A model generated the notes under the pieces. It worked only from the letters and a program-made list of their open reading frames with translations. It did not search any database and was not told the origin of the DNA. A DNA stretch of 64,000 bases from Piromyces finnis finn (Eukaryota > Fungi > Neocallimastigomycota): NCBI GenBank assembly GCA_002104945.1, contig MCFH01000013.1, forward strand, positions 682,001-746,000. Direction: 5' to 3'. Each line of letters opens with the position of its first letter. Positions within the stretch are counted from its first letter, which is position 1. Made by a program: the position numbers and the translations under genes. Below, piece by piece: positions 13,134 through 29,800 of the stretch.

Positions 13134-16126
13134 ATGTTATCTCCTTCCCTTAAGCCAAAAAATGTTGATAATTCTGATGCACAAAGTGCTTGGCATCAAT
13201 TTACACAACAAAAGCCTTCAGAAAAGGAAAGTGATGCTAATGCTGCTTGGAATCAATTTAATAAAGATATTTTAGGTATATTAATTAATAAAGTAAATAT
13301 TTAAGTTTATTTATTAAAATATTAATATTTAAATATTGTTTAATTACACAGGAAAATATGAAAAAAATAACAATTTCAGAACTTATAAAACGGATGATTA
13401 TGAAAGTTATATTAACTTTGTTAATTATGATGCATTGGGTATTGGTGCATGGAAACAATATGTAAGTTAAAAAATAAATTATGTATTATATTTTAATATT
13501 AAGTATTAATATTAATTTTATATTATGAATAATAATATTAGGGTGTAGAAAGAACAAAGGCACAAATTGAAAGAAGAACTCCGTTCAATAATAATACTTC
13601 ATATTCTACTGTAGTTAATCGTGAAAATCAATCTTTAAGTAAAAATGATGTTAATAACGTAAATATTGTAATTGATTCAGGAAATTCATCATCAACATTA
13701 CCAAATAATAATGATGAACCAATAATTGTCGTAGAATCCGCATCTGAAAAATCTGAGTTAAATAATGATGGTGCAGCATGGAATCAATATGTAAATTTTA
13801 ATTTTTAATTTATTAATAATTAATAATGATTATAAATTAATTTTTTATAAAAAAAATATAAATAAAATTAGAAAAAACAAGAAAAGGAAATTAATCTTGA
13901 AGCTATTGATGAAAACAATAAATTTTACTCAAATGAAGCTTTAGGTGCTAGTACTGCATCTTTAAATATTCCATTTTTGGAACAACCAAGTCGTCGTGAT
14001 AGAACTGAAAGTATTCGTTCTGTACCATTCTTTAAAGCTGATGATACAAATGAAAAGGCTGAAACTGCTTCAATTAAGTCATTTTCAGCTATGAATAATT
14101 CAACAACAAAGGATAAAGATTCTTTAGGCCTTCCAAAATATACTTTCAAAATTCTTAAAAATGAAACTAGTGCTTGGCAAACTCAAAGAAAAGATAATTA
14201 TGCTCAAAGTACTTATTCATCAAATAAAGATGAGTCATCTACTGAAGTAAAAAGTAAAGATAATAGTAAAGATGATGCTAAGAGTGAAAGTACCTTTAAG
14301 ACTGAAAATAATGCTACTCATCAAAGTGCATGGAAAGCTTATTCTAAAAAAACATTAGATGAAATCTTTAATGAATATGATTTTAATAATGTTATTGGAA
14401 AAGGTTACTGTGGTACTATTTTTAAAGGTATGAATAAAATTACTAAACAAGCTATTGCCATTAAAGCTGAAAGTGTAAATAGTAAGGACAAACATTTACA
14501 TTTAGAATATGCTATATATCAAAGATTATACGGTGTTGGTAAGTATTTTTTTTTAATAATTTTTATTTTTTATTATTATCCAATAATAACAAAATACATA
14601 TTTAAAATAAAAATATATAATAAAGAGGGTATGCCAAAAGTACTTTATTTCGGTAATAGAGGCACAGATAATATTATGATTATGGAATTATTAGGTCCAT
14701 CCATTGAAAGTTTATTCAATATCTGTGAGCGTAACTTTTCAATAAAAACTGTCTGTATGATTGGTAAACAATTGGTATGTATTTTTAATGAAAAAATAGT
14801 ATTTTATAAATATATGGTATAGATATTAACTTTTTATTTATTAAAATATAGCTTACTAGATTAGAAATGGTTCACAAAAGAGGTATCATTTACAGAGATA
14901 TTAAACCAGAAAACTTTTTAATCGGACTTATTGATTATACAAAGCCAATTACAAATAAGTTAGAAGAAGAAGTTGATACTTACTTAAGTGATACCAGAAA
15001 ATTACCTAACGTTTCAACTGTATATTTAGCTGATTTTGGTCTTTCAGAATTCTATCGTGATGAATTAACTGGAATTTACGTTCCTGATGTTCTCAAACCA
15101 CCATGTGGTACACCAAGATATATGAGTTTAAATACACATAAATGTCGTCGTAAGTATTTTGATATAAATTTAATGAGTAGGATTTTTTAAAAGAAATCAA
15201 AAAATTCACAATTTATTATTATTATTAATAATAAGAACAAACACCAAGAGATGATATTGAAGCCTTGGGATATTGCTTAGTTTACTTCTTACTTGGTGGT
15301 CGTCTTCCATGGATGGGTATTGTTGCTAATACACCTGATCAAATGATTAAATTGATTGGTAATGTTAAAAAGAATTTACCATTAGATAAACTTTGTCAAG
15401 GACAACCAAGTAAGTTATATATAGAATTCAAAAAATCATTTTAAAAAATATTTATTAATTCATATTAAATTCTCTTTTATTATTTCCATATTGTTAGAGC
15501 AATTTATTACATTTATTGAACATTGTAGAAACTTGGGCTATTATGATTTACCAAATTATGATTATTTAAGAGGACTTATGGATGAAGGTATTATATATAA
15601 ATAATAAAGTTTTGTATTGGTTTAAAGTTAATATATTAATAATACAATTCTATTTATAGTTTTAAAGGAACAAGGTGAAGAAGATGATGGTTATTTCGAT
15701 TGGATTCCATATCTTAGTTCAATGAGAGATATGCAAATAAAAAAGCGTAAGAAGCAATTAGAAAAAGAAAGAAAGGAACAAGAAAAGGAACAAAAGAAAT
15801 TAGCTAAGAAAAATAAAAAGGAAAAGAAAGAACAAAAAGAACAGCAAAAGGAACAACAAAAAGAACAACAAAAAGAACAACAAAAAGAAGTTAAATATAG
15901 CAGTACTAGTGCATTACCAAAAGAAAAAGGTATGAGTGATGATAAAATTGAACAAACATCAAATAGTAATATTCCAAAGTCAAAATCAGAAGGAATTATT
16001 AGTAATAATGATGATGATAAAAAAAGTAGTCGCGAATCAGTTAGTTCACAAAAAAGTCGTAGTAGAGGTCTTAAAAGCAGAATAAGAAGTTTATTAGATT
16101 TTAAATCAAAGAAAAATCAAAAATAA
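13134..16126 (+). CDS. Casein kinase 1 family Ser/Thr kinase with long repeat-bearing N-terminal extension, 9 exons
   Basis: Exons 13134-13275, 13352-13461, 13542-13790, 13872-14538, 14626-14774, 14852-15149, 15236-15409, 15498-15587, 15660-16126. CK1 motifs AIKAES, MELLGPSIESLF, IIYRDIKPENFLIG, DFGL, GTPRYMSLNTH, RDDIEALGY, LPWMG, PNYDYL, YFDW. The first three exons are less certain than the kinase exons. Confidence 0.88.
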
Positions 16127-18748
16127 ACATACAATATAGTCTAATCATAAATATATGATTATATAAAATTCATTATTTTAATTTTTTTTCATACCCTATC
16201 AAATTTCACATCTATCAGTCTATTATTTAAATTCAATTTTTTTTATTTTAGTTTATTATTATTTTTTTAAATTAAATATTTTTTGAAAACAAAACCAACC
16301 AACCAACCAAACAAAAAAAGAGCAAAACAGCAACAAAAAAAAAAAACTGAAAAAAAAAATTAAAAAAATTAAAAAAAAAAAAAAAAAAAAAAAATTGAAA
16401 AAATCAAAAAAATTCATTATTTAAGAAATTCAAAAAAAGTTACATAAAGTGTTAATAAGAATTATAAATTTATTAATGTATTAATTAATAGTAATAATAA
16501 TACCATTAATAATTTATAATATTTTTTAGTATTGTTAAACAGATAATTAAAACATTTTAAGTTATATATATAGTATGTTATTCTTTGTCATTTTTTTTTT
16601 ACAGCAATAATACAACAAATAATCATTAAATGATAAATAGTTTATTTTAAATCTTTCAATTATTATCAAGATTTTTATTAGATTTACAAATTTACAAATA
16701 CTTTTCTATCATGTTTTTAGTTAAAAGTTAAAACATAAAATTTGTCAATAAGTACAAATAGAAAAACAATTTTAATAATAAAATATTTATAAAAATCATT
16801 ATTATTTGATTTCCTTTATTATTTTGAATATTTAGTTTTTATTAAATATTTTATATAATTAATATTAATATTATAATATTATATATACTATTTTTAAATA
16901 TATATAATATATAACTTTTTATATTTAAAATCTCAAACAAAAAAAAAAAAAAAAATCAACAAACTATAATGTTATTGAACTTATGCTTCACTATTATTTT
17001 ATTTTCAATATTTAAAAACAATCATATTGTTACTATTATACTTTTATTTTTCTCTCTATTTTTTATATTTGTTTATTTGTCTGTCTGCCTGTCTGTCTTT
17101 GTAATAGTTACTTTTGGCATTAAGAGAAAACAATTATTTTTATTTTTATTATTATTTTTTTTAATTGATATTTTTATGATTTTCTTTTATTTTATGTATA
17201 AAAAAATGGAAAACTAAAAAAAATATTTTATTATATTTTTAAAATATATCATAAATACTATCCTAATAAAATACCAAAATGTATATAATATTAATGATAT
17301 TAATGTATAAATTAGTTACATTTTACATATCTTTACTTACATTATACTACATACTACATCTACATTTACAATACATTTTCTTTTAATGTATGCATGTATT
17401 AATATATTATTATTATATATACCAATATATTAATTATACAATTTTTTAAATTTTCAATTTAATTTTTATAATATTTTTTTTTTTTTTTAAATTTAAAATT
17501 TATTTATAATAATTGGTATTTTTTTTTTTTCTTTCCTTTTGAAAATTATTATTATAGTAAATATAGAAATAAATAATAATAATAAAAAGAAAAAATAATA
17601 GATTATTATTTTTTTTTTATAGTTTTTTAAAAAAGTATTTTATAGATTAAAGCCTTTTTTTTTTTAATATTTTATAAAATATTAAAAGAATAATAAATAT
17701 ATATAGTAAATAATCAAACAAAAAAGCAAGCAAACAAAGCGAAAAACAAACCAAAACAAAACAAAAACAAAAAAAAAAAAAAAATTAATAAAAGAAATTT
17801 TATTAAAAAAAAAAAAAAAAAAAAAAAAAATTCGAATCACTGATAAGTTTATTTTAAATAGATTATTTTTACGAAATTATTAGACTCTTTTATTATTTCG
17901 TTATTATAAAATCTTATTTTATAATTTAATAACATATATAAAAAGTATATTTAGATTTGAATTTGTAAAAAATCTAGGTATTTAGTATATCACAAAAAAA
18001 TTAAAAAAAAAAGGATAAGGATAATACCGAGATATTGATATAATATTTAATTAAAGATTATTTAACTTTTGGCTTTTCTTATCTTGTTTAAATTTAATAA
18101 GGTTAAAGGAAAAGTTTAATATTTATTGAAAAGACAGAGTAAAAAAAAAAAAAAAAAAAGGAAAAACGATAAAAATTTAAGTATATATAATTCTTTTTGT
18201 TAAAAAGGATTAAAAGAAGTATAATAATATATAGGCAAAGTATTTGGGTAAATTTTTATTATATTATATCTTTTGTAATAATTGAATTATTTTATTATAG
18301 TAATATTGAAATAGTAATTTGTATATATATTATTGAGAGAAATGATTATATTGAAAGACAACAGTAATATATAAATCAATATATAGTTTTATAATTTTAT
18401 AAACGATCATGATAAATAATTAAAAGAAAGTTTTAAATGGTTTAATGAGTCTATATTAATATTATTCACCAAGTTGATATTGTGTTAAATTATATTATTA
18501 ATTTTTAGTAATAATAACATATTTAAATAATGTCAGTCAAAGATATTAATGCAATGTTGATTTATTAAATATTTGAACAAAATAATTATAAATTAATTTT
18601 TATTGATAAATGCAACATAAGAAAAGGTTATATTTTAATAGTTGAAAGTAATTTTTTTTTTTTTTTTGTTTGTTTCAAAGGCAAAACTTGAATAATTTAA
18701 GATAATTGTAAATATTTAAATAGAAATAATGTTATTGGTAAAATATAG

Positions 18749-18790
<42 letters not shown>

Positions 18791-19086
18791 ATAAGTAAAA
18801 TATTTAGAAAAAACAAAAGGCATATGATATATAGAATGTTGGTAGAAAGTTTAAGTTATAGTAGAAAGTGAATGTATAATAGGATTAAGAGTTTCAAATA
18901 ATTAATAATAATTGTATAAATTATAAATTTGTTAGAAAAGTCTAATGTAAAAAAAAAGAGCTTCTTTATGTACAATTTTATTGATTTCATTTATAAATTA
19001 TATTTATTTTAATTGTTATTTTTTTTATATTTTAATTATTAAATATTTTCAGGTTAATATTCTTTATTTGGAAATAATAGTTTGAC

Positions 19087-22675
<3,589 letters not shown>

Positions 22676-23071
22676 ATTAGTTTATAATAAGAGAAAAAAA
22701 GAAATGATTAAATAATGATAAATATATCTATTATGTTATAAAATATATAAAGAATTTATATATCCTGTAACATTTTTTTAACTTTTCTATTTTTATTTTT
22801 ATTATTATCATTATTATTATTTTACTATTCTTTTATGTAGAAAGAATATAAATTCATTTAATATATATATATATACACTATTTTTATTTCTAATATTTAT
22901 ACTATTATTTAAATTTTATTTCAATCGTTTATAAATAATTAAAAAATTTGATTCTATAGTATCTTTGTCATTTATTTATTTTATTTATTTATTTATTATA
23001 GTATTTATCTTTTATTTTTATTAGCGAAATCATTTAAAATTTGGTAGAATCCTACCAAAGTGAAAAAAGAT

Positions 23072-23102
<31 letters not shown>

Positions 23103-23289
23103 TAAAAAAAATTTTTTAAAAAAAGCCTTTTTTTTTTTTTTCTATTTTTTAAAGTGTAATAATATATTTATGTTTTATTAAAGAAATACCGTCGGTAGTT
23201 CAATACACACACACCTATATATATATTATGTTATTTTCATCATCATCATCATCATCATTATTATTTTATTATTATTTTATTTTTTAATT

Positions 23290-23329
<40 letters not shown>

Positions 23330-23374
23330 TTTGGTATAGGAAGAAGGAAAGGAAAAAAAAAAAAAAAAGATTTA

Positions 23375-25333
23375 TTAGGAGGAGGAGGAAGAAGAAGCAT
23401 TAGCCTTGGCTAATTGTTGACGTTTAGCTTCTTTTCTTTTTTTAGTTTTTTCTTGAGATTCTTTAATGGCTGGTTCTAACTTTCCATTTTTAGCTAAAAC
23501 TTTTAAAAGTTCAATAATAAGAGGGAACCAATTATGACGTCTTCTAGCATTTTCGACAGAATAACGATTTAATTTAGCTTCATGCATATGAATTTTATCT
23601 AAAATATCTTGTTTATCCATTTTAGCAGCTTCTAATTCAGCTATTTTTGATTCATCCTTTTCTAATTCATGAATTTTTTGTGAAATTTCTTTCATTTCCT
23701 TTTGATAACCTTCTAATGGATCCTTGGTCACAGCCATTAAATTAAATCTAATTTCAGATGTTTGATATTGAGCTATTCTCTTTTCAATCACTGGTTTTAC
23801 CTTACTTAACCAATTTTCCTCTAAACAAATAAAAATAACCAAAGATATATATTATTATTGACCATTTATATAAATATTTATTATACAATCAATAGAATAA
23901 ATTTAATCTCTCTATTTATTTGACAATTGAATTTATAAATCTTTTTATATTCCCTATTGAATTTTATAAATTTACCTGTACATTCACCATGGTTAACTGG
24001 ACCTTCTTTTAATCCATCAATTTCCATTAAAGAACCATTAACTGGTACATAACTTATAAAGTGGAAAACCTTTTATTTTATATATTTGTTATAATATCAT
24101 TGGTAGGAATTAATAAATTAATATATCATCATAGTATATAATAATTATGTATATGTTATATATATAGATGCTATACATTTTTTTTTTTTTTTTAAAAAAA
24201 ATATAAATACTATTATTTATGATACTTACATCATCTTTAGAAGTAGCCATTCTTTCATCAGATTCAAAAGGTTCTTGAGTTTTGAATGAATTATGAACTT
24301 TTCTTATATGATCATTTTCACCAATAGCAATACCTTTCATTGTTGGATCTAAATCTTTTGTAATTTCCTTAAAACTTTCTAATTCAGCTCCAAGTTTAAT
24401 TTCTTTTCTATTTAATAAAATACCAAGAATGGCTTGGGTAGCACATGCATTATTAACCTCTTTATATTTAAATATATATTTTACGAAATTTTTAAAATTA
24501 GTTTTTTTTTTTTTTTTTTTGATAAACAAAATTTTGATTTTTTAATAGTCTATTTTGTAATTATTATTGTATTACTTTGTTTGGCAAAGAACATTTTATT
24601 TATAGCATTCATATCAACAGCAGCATCATTATGAACCCAGTTAAATAAGAAAATTAAACCATAAACAGGTCTTTATTTTATACATTATAAAGATATATTA
24701 ATTATTTATATATTTTTTGAATGGATAATACATTACTATATTTATTTTATTTTTTTTTTTTAAAAAAAAGAGAAGTTATATTCATGCTTATTATTAACAA
24801 TATTTATAATTTATGCATTATATTTCTCTTTTTTTAATTTATAATTGATTGTCTATATATATATAAATATATAAAAATTAACTAAATAATTACTTTAAAG
24901 TTTCCAAAAATTCTTCTGATAAATCATAAATTTCTTCAACTAATTTATATAAATATTTGTTTGTTGGTTAGATGATAAAGCATTTCATTTTTATAATATT
25001 TTTATGTTTTAGTATTTGTTGTTTCATTTTTTTTTTAAAAAAAAAAAAAAAAAAAAATTGGTTAAGATCAAGTTATATTAAAATTAGTATATATAAAATA
25101 TTTTTTAGTAAGATTTTGAGGATATTATCTACTATGAAATAGTAAATAAAAAGAAAAGAAGAAGAAAAGTAAAATAATAAAATAAATAAATAAAAAAAAA
25201 ACTTGTTGAACAAAAATTTTAATGCTAATAAAAGATTCTTAATATTACCTAAAATTCCTTCAACACCCATTTCTTTAATTAATTGGGTGAAAACTCCTGG
25301 ATCGCTTTCAATAGTTGTCCATGAACCACTCAT
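23375..25333 (-). CDS. UCH37: Ubiquitin C-terminal hydrolase UCH37/UCH-L5, 6 exons
   Basis: Exons 25333-25249, 24939-24894, 24670-24576, 24459-24230, 24069-23976, 23820-23375. Motifs [29 protein letters not shown] (catalytic Cys), FHFISYVP (His), EIDGLKEGP (Asp), RFNLMAV, RRHNW.PLI.ELLK. Confidence 0.95.
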
Positions 25334-26747
25334 TTTTATTAATGTTTATATTAATTTATTTTTTAATAATATATATATATATATATAGATGTATATTTAC
25401 AAAATATGGAATACTTTATATTTATTCAATAAAGTTTTTTAAAAATGAGTTTTTTTTTTTTTCTTTATTATATAGAAAAAGTAAAAAACGTGTTGTTAAT
25501 AATTATAAATCTAATAAAATATAATATTATTATTATTATAATTTCTTTGTAATTTAAAATGAAAAATTTTGTTAATGAAAATTGAAAATTTTATAAGGGT
25601 TAGTATATAAACATTTTTTAAACTTTTATTATAAATTACAAACTTTTGTTATTGTGAACATTTATGGACACATAATTTTATTCATCTATATCATATATTT
25701 ATGAACACACACGTGATTAACTTATAAAACATAAACATGTATTAAAAGTGTTGTAAAAGTAATATCTACGTGTTGTAGAGATAGTTATTTTTATTTATTT
25801 TATTTTATATGGTCCCATAACCTTACATCTAATTATATAACTGTAATATTTACAATGTAACTTTTTTTCTTTGTTAACCTTGTGAATAAAATTATTTATT
25901 AATTAAATTTATTTCACAGTTATAATATACAAATCTTTTTTTATATTTTACTTGTTTTTTTTTTTTTTTTTCGTACTATATTTTATAATAATATTAGTTA
26001 TTATGTAATATTATTTAAAAAATGATATATTTTAAAAAGATATAATATTATTACAATATTACATATATATTAACTTTTTTTTTATTAAGTGAAAGTATTG
26101 TTAAATGTATACTTAAATCTTTCTTTTATATAAGTATAATTATATTTTTATTAAATAAATATACTAATATTTCATATTTAATGCTAACTGTTTTTATATA
26201 TTTAAATATTTATTGTAAATAGTGTTTAGTTTGCAAAATTGAAAGTAGTTTAGAGTATTAAAGGTTTTTATTTCTATAGCAGTAATAATTAAAGTTAATC
26301 ATGTAGTAATATAATAAAAAATATACCTTTAAATTAAAATGAATATACATTAGATAATTGTTGAATTAAAAGTATTTTTTCTATTTCTCCATAATATTTA
26401 TTAATATATAGAATAATTATATTGATGTATTATTAACATTGATAATAATAATATAATAGTAATGCTTAGTAACTTTTTTTTTTTACTAAAGATTATATAT
26501 ATATTATTATGTTATTACAATATTATTTATATTTTATTATAGGAATAATTTTCTATAAATAAAATATTTATCTACATTAGTAATATTGTTTAAAAGTATT
26601 CATCATCATAAATTTATAGATAATTTATAGATTATATTAGTATTAAAAATAATTAAGTAATATATATATAATAAAGTAGTATACAATAACATTTTATGTA
26701 TTCTCTACAATAATTTCAACAACGGTATTATTCATGTAATTACTGTT

Positions 26748-26790
26748 AATAAATAAATAAATAAATAAATGAATAAATAAATAAATAAAA

Positions 26791-26857
<67 letters not shown>

Positions 26858-26858
26858 A
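26748..26858. repeat. (AAAT)n microsatellite
   Basis: About 110 bp of near-perfect TAAA repeats in the long intergenic region. Confidence 0.95.
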
Positions 26859-29800
26859 AATGTTTTAATTTATAAGGAAAAAACATTATAATTAAATTTC
26901 AACTCCTTTTTTTATATTCATTAAAGTTTACCATTAATAATATAAAAAAATATAAAAGAATAATTGTTGTTTTATGGTCTACATTATAGAATAATAAAAG
27001 GTAAAACAAGTTGAAACTAAATTTTAAAAAAAAGTTTTAGGTGTATTTATTATTCACAATTAAATAAAACGGTATATATAAAAATACATTTTTATCATAT
27101 ATTTAATTTAATTTAATATATGTTTCTTTTTCATATTACTGTAAGAAAATTAAAAGAATTGTCAATAATAGCTTAATTATATTTTAAAACATCACTTGAA
27201 ATATTATCGAATTTCAAATAAAGTACCCTCCTTCTACGACAGCCATAACTCGTGCCAGATCAATTTGACTTTATGTAGTGTTTTTATCATTAAGATGTGT
27301 TTAAGAAAATGTCTATAATGAAAAATTGATTGCAATTCACTTTTTTGTTTTGTATTATCCAAATAATAAAATTGATTTTTAATTTTAATTTTATAATGAA
27401 CTAGATATTAATAAATTAATATTAATAATTATATAATAGTATAGCTATAATAATCGCCATAATAAATATAAATAGTTAAGAAATTTTATCGTAATCTTTT
27501 ATGAAATATATTAATTAAAATTTGGGGATAGTTTTATGCATTTCTCCAATTTATTATTTGTGATATTTTCCAAAAAAGTGTATATTAAAAGTTATATTAA
27601 AGAGAAATATTTATTTATGACGTCCAATGATTTTCATTATATTAATTTCCAAAATAGGAAATTTTTTATATTGATAAAAAATTTTTTGAAATTTTATTAA
27701 TTTAGATGAATGTTTTTTTTTAATAGCATGGTTGTGTTGTGTGCTTATTTTCTTTATTATTTAATGCAAGTTAAGAAAATAAAAGAAAGAAAAAATTTGC
27801 TTGTTACCTTGAGTAATAAACTAAAGTCTAGTCAATATTTTTTATAGGTCTTATTTTTAAAATATATATTATTATTATATTTACAAATTATATAAATATT
27901 TTTTTTTATAAAACAAATAAATTGGCTTATCAATTTTTTCTATTGTTTAAAATCAATATAAATTTTATTTTAAATTATATAAATTTTGATTATAAAAATA
28001 ATATTAATATATTATATCATTTATTATTTAATATAAAATTTGATACTGAATTATTATAATTTTTTGTTTCAAAACAAATTAATAAAAAAAGAAAATATTC
28101 TCAATTCTTAAACTACAATTATTAATACATCTCAAATACTACATAAATGTTGTATCATAAGGAATAATCTAAAAGAAATTTAAAAGTTTTTTTTTATATT
28201 TTTTGAAACATTAATATATTATTCAAGGTGCAACTCTCATGACTAATTTCATTTTCAGTAAATGAGTATTTAATGATATATATGTATTTTTTTTAAAAAG
28301 GGATCCTTCACACATTCTAGGTGGCTTAGAAAATGTCATATTTAGGAAAGTATCATCTTTTTAATAGTAAGCAACATAAAAAAATAAAAACAATGAGAAT
28401 GATTAATTTTGTACGATTATAATTATATGTATATAATATATATTTTAGATAAATATTTGGTTGTAACATAATACTAACCAATTTTATTTAATATTTTGTT
28501 ATTGAAGGATAATTCAAAAAAAAAAAAAAAAAAAAGAAATCTTTATTATTACTTTTTTAATTTAGTATTAAATAATAATAATAAAAAAATAATAAATATA
28601 TATACTTAATGACTAAAAGAAGATTATTAAATGTAACACAATTTAATTTTATTTGTACAACTCTTTTTTTATGATATATTTTTTAATTATATAATTTTAA
28701 ACAATTTATATTTATTCTTTTTTTCTTTTTATATGGTTTTATATTTATAAATAAGAAGATTACTACTAATCATTATTATATAATGAAATGTAAAAAAAAA
28801 AAAAACTTTTAAAAAAGTAATACTTATATATTTTTAAATGGAAATATCAAGATTTTATTATTTAATATTTTTTTTTTAAAAAAGGCTTAAATCATTTTTT
28901 TCGTTTTATTTTTAAAAGCCATTAAATGTTTGTTTTGTATCATAAGTAAAACAATTTAAATATATTATTAATACAATGATACAATACTATGTATACATAC
29001 ATATATATATATTTTTCTATGTTTTATGTTTATATATATTTTTTCTTTTCTGTAAAATTTTCCTTTCTCATTTTATATATTTATGAAACAATTTCATTAT
29101 ATATTAAATTTAATATTAATTGTCATAATTTTTACAAAAAGAAAACAATATTAAATATATAAATGTTTTATTTTATCATGTTTTTTTTTTTTTATAAATT
29201 GAAATAGTATAAACGTAATATTGATAATTGTAATATATTTGCTCTATTAAATAAACTCATGATATTATATATTGAATATATAAAAATATATTTTTTTTTT
29301 CAAAATAATTTTTAAAATTCTAAACAATTTAATTTAAATAAATTAAATTTTATATATAAATGAAACAAATTTATTTTATATGGAAAATTTGTATCATTCT
29401 TAATATTGTCTCAATAATTTATATATTAAAATAGAAAATATAACCAAATGACGAAGGCTTGAATGTCAAATATATAAATAAATATATTTTTTAAAATAGC
29501 AAGTTTAGAATTTATAATTAAAGATTTTAACTTTATCAAAAAAAAAAATAATTAGGATTAATTATTACAGTAAATAACAAAAAGGGTAATAAGTAGACCA
29601 TTGCAAATCGAAATTCCTTTTAAAGTAATTTTATTAATGAGGAACGTTTTAAAATTATTCTTTTTTAATGTATCAAAAACAATTTTTATTTCTTTTTTTT
29701 TTGTTAAAGATTTAATTTTAAAAATGATATTTTTACATATATCATAAACTTTTAATTATAATATTACTATCAGTGTAACTCAATATTTTAAAATAAATGG

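Noticed and set aside
16969-17217. Hydrophobic 82-aa ORF (and similar short F/L/I/K-rich ORFs at 25073, 25315, 35561, 37706)
   Set aside because: Translations of T- or A-rich non-coding DNA with no motif support.
27225-27290. GC-richer island; minus strand gives IDLARVMAVVEGGYFI, reminiscent of the deacetylase LEGGY motif
   Set aside because: Only about 19 codons between stops, with no flanking exons or further similarity.
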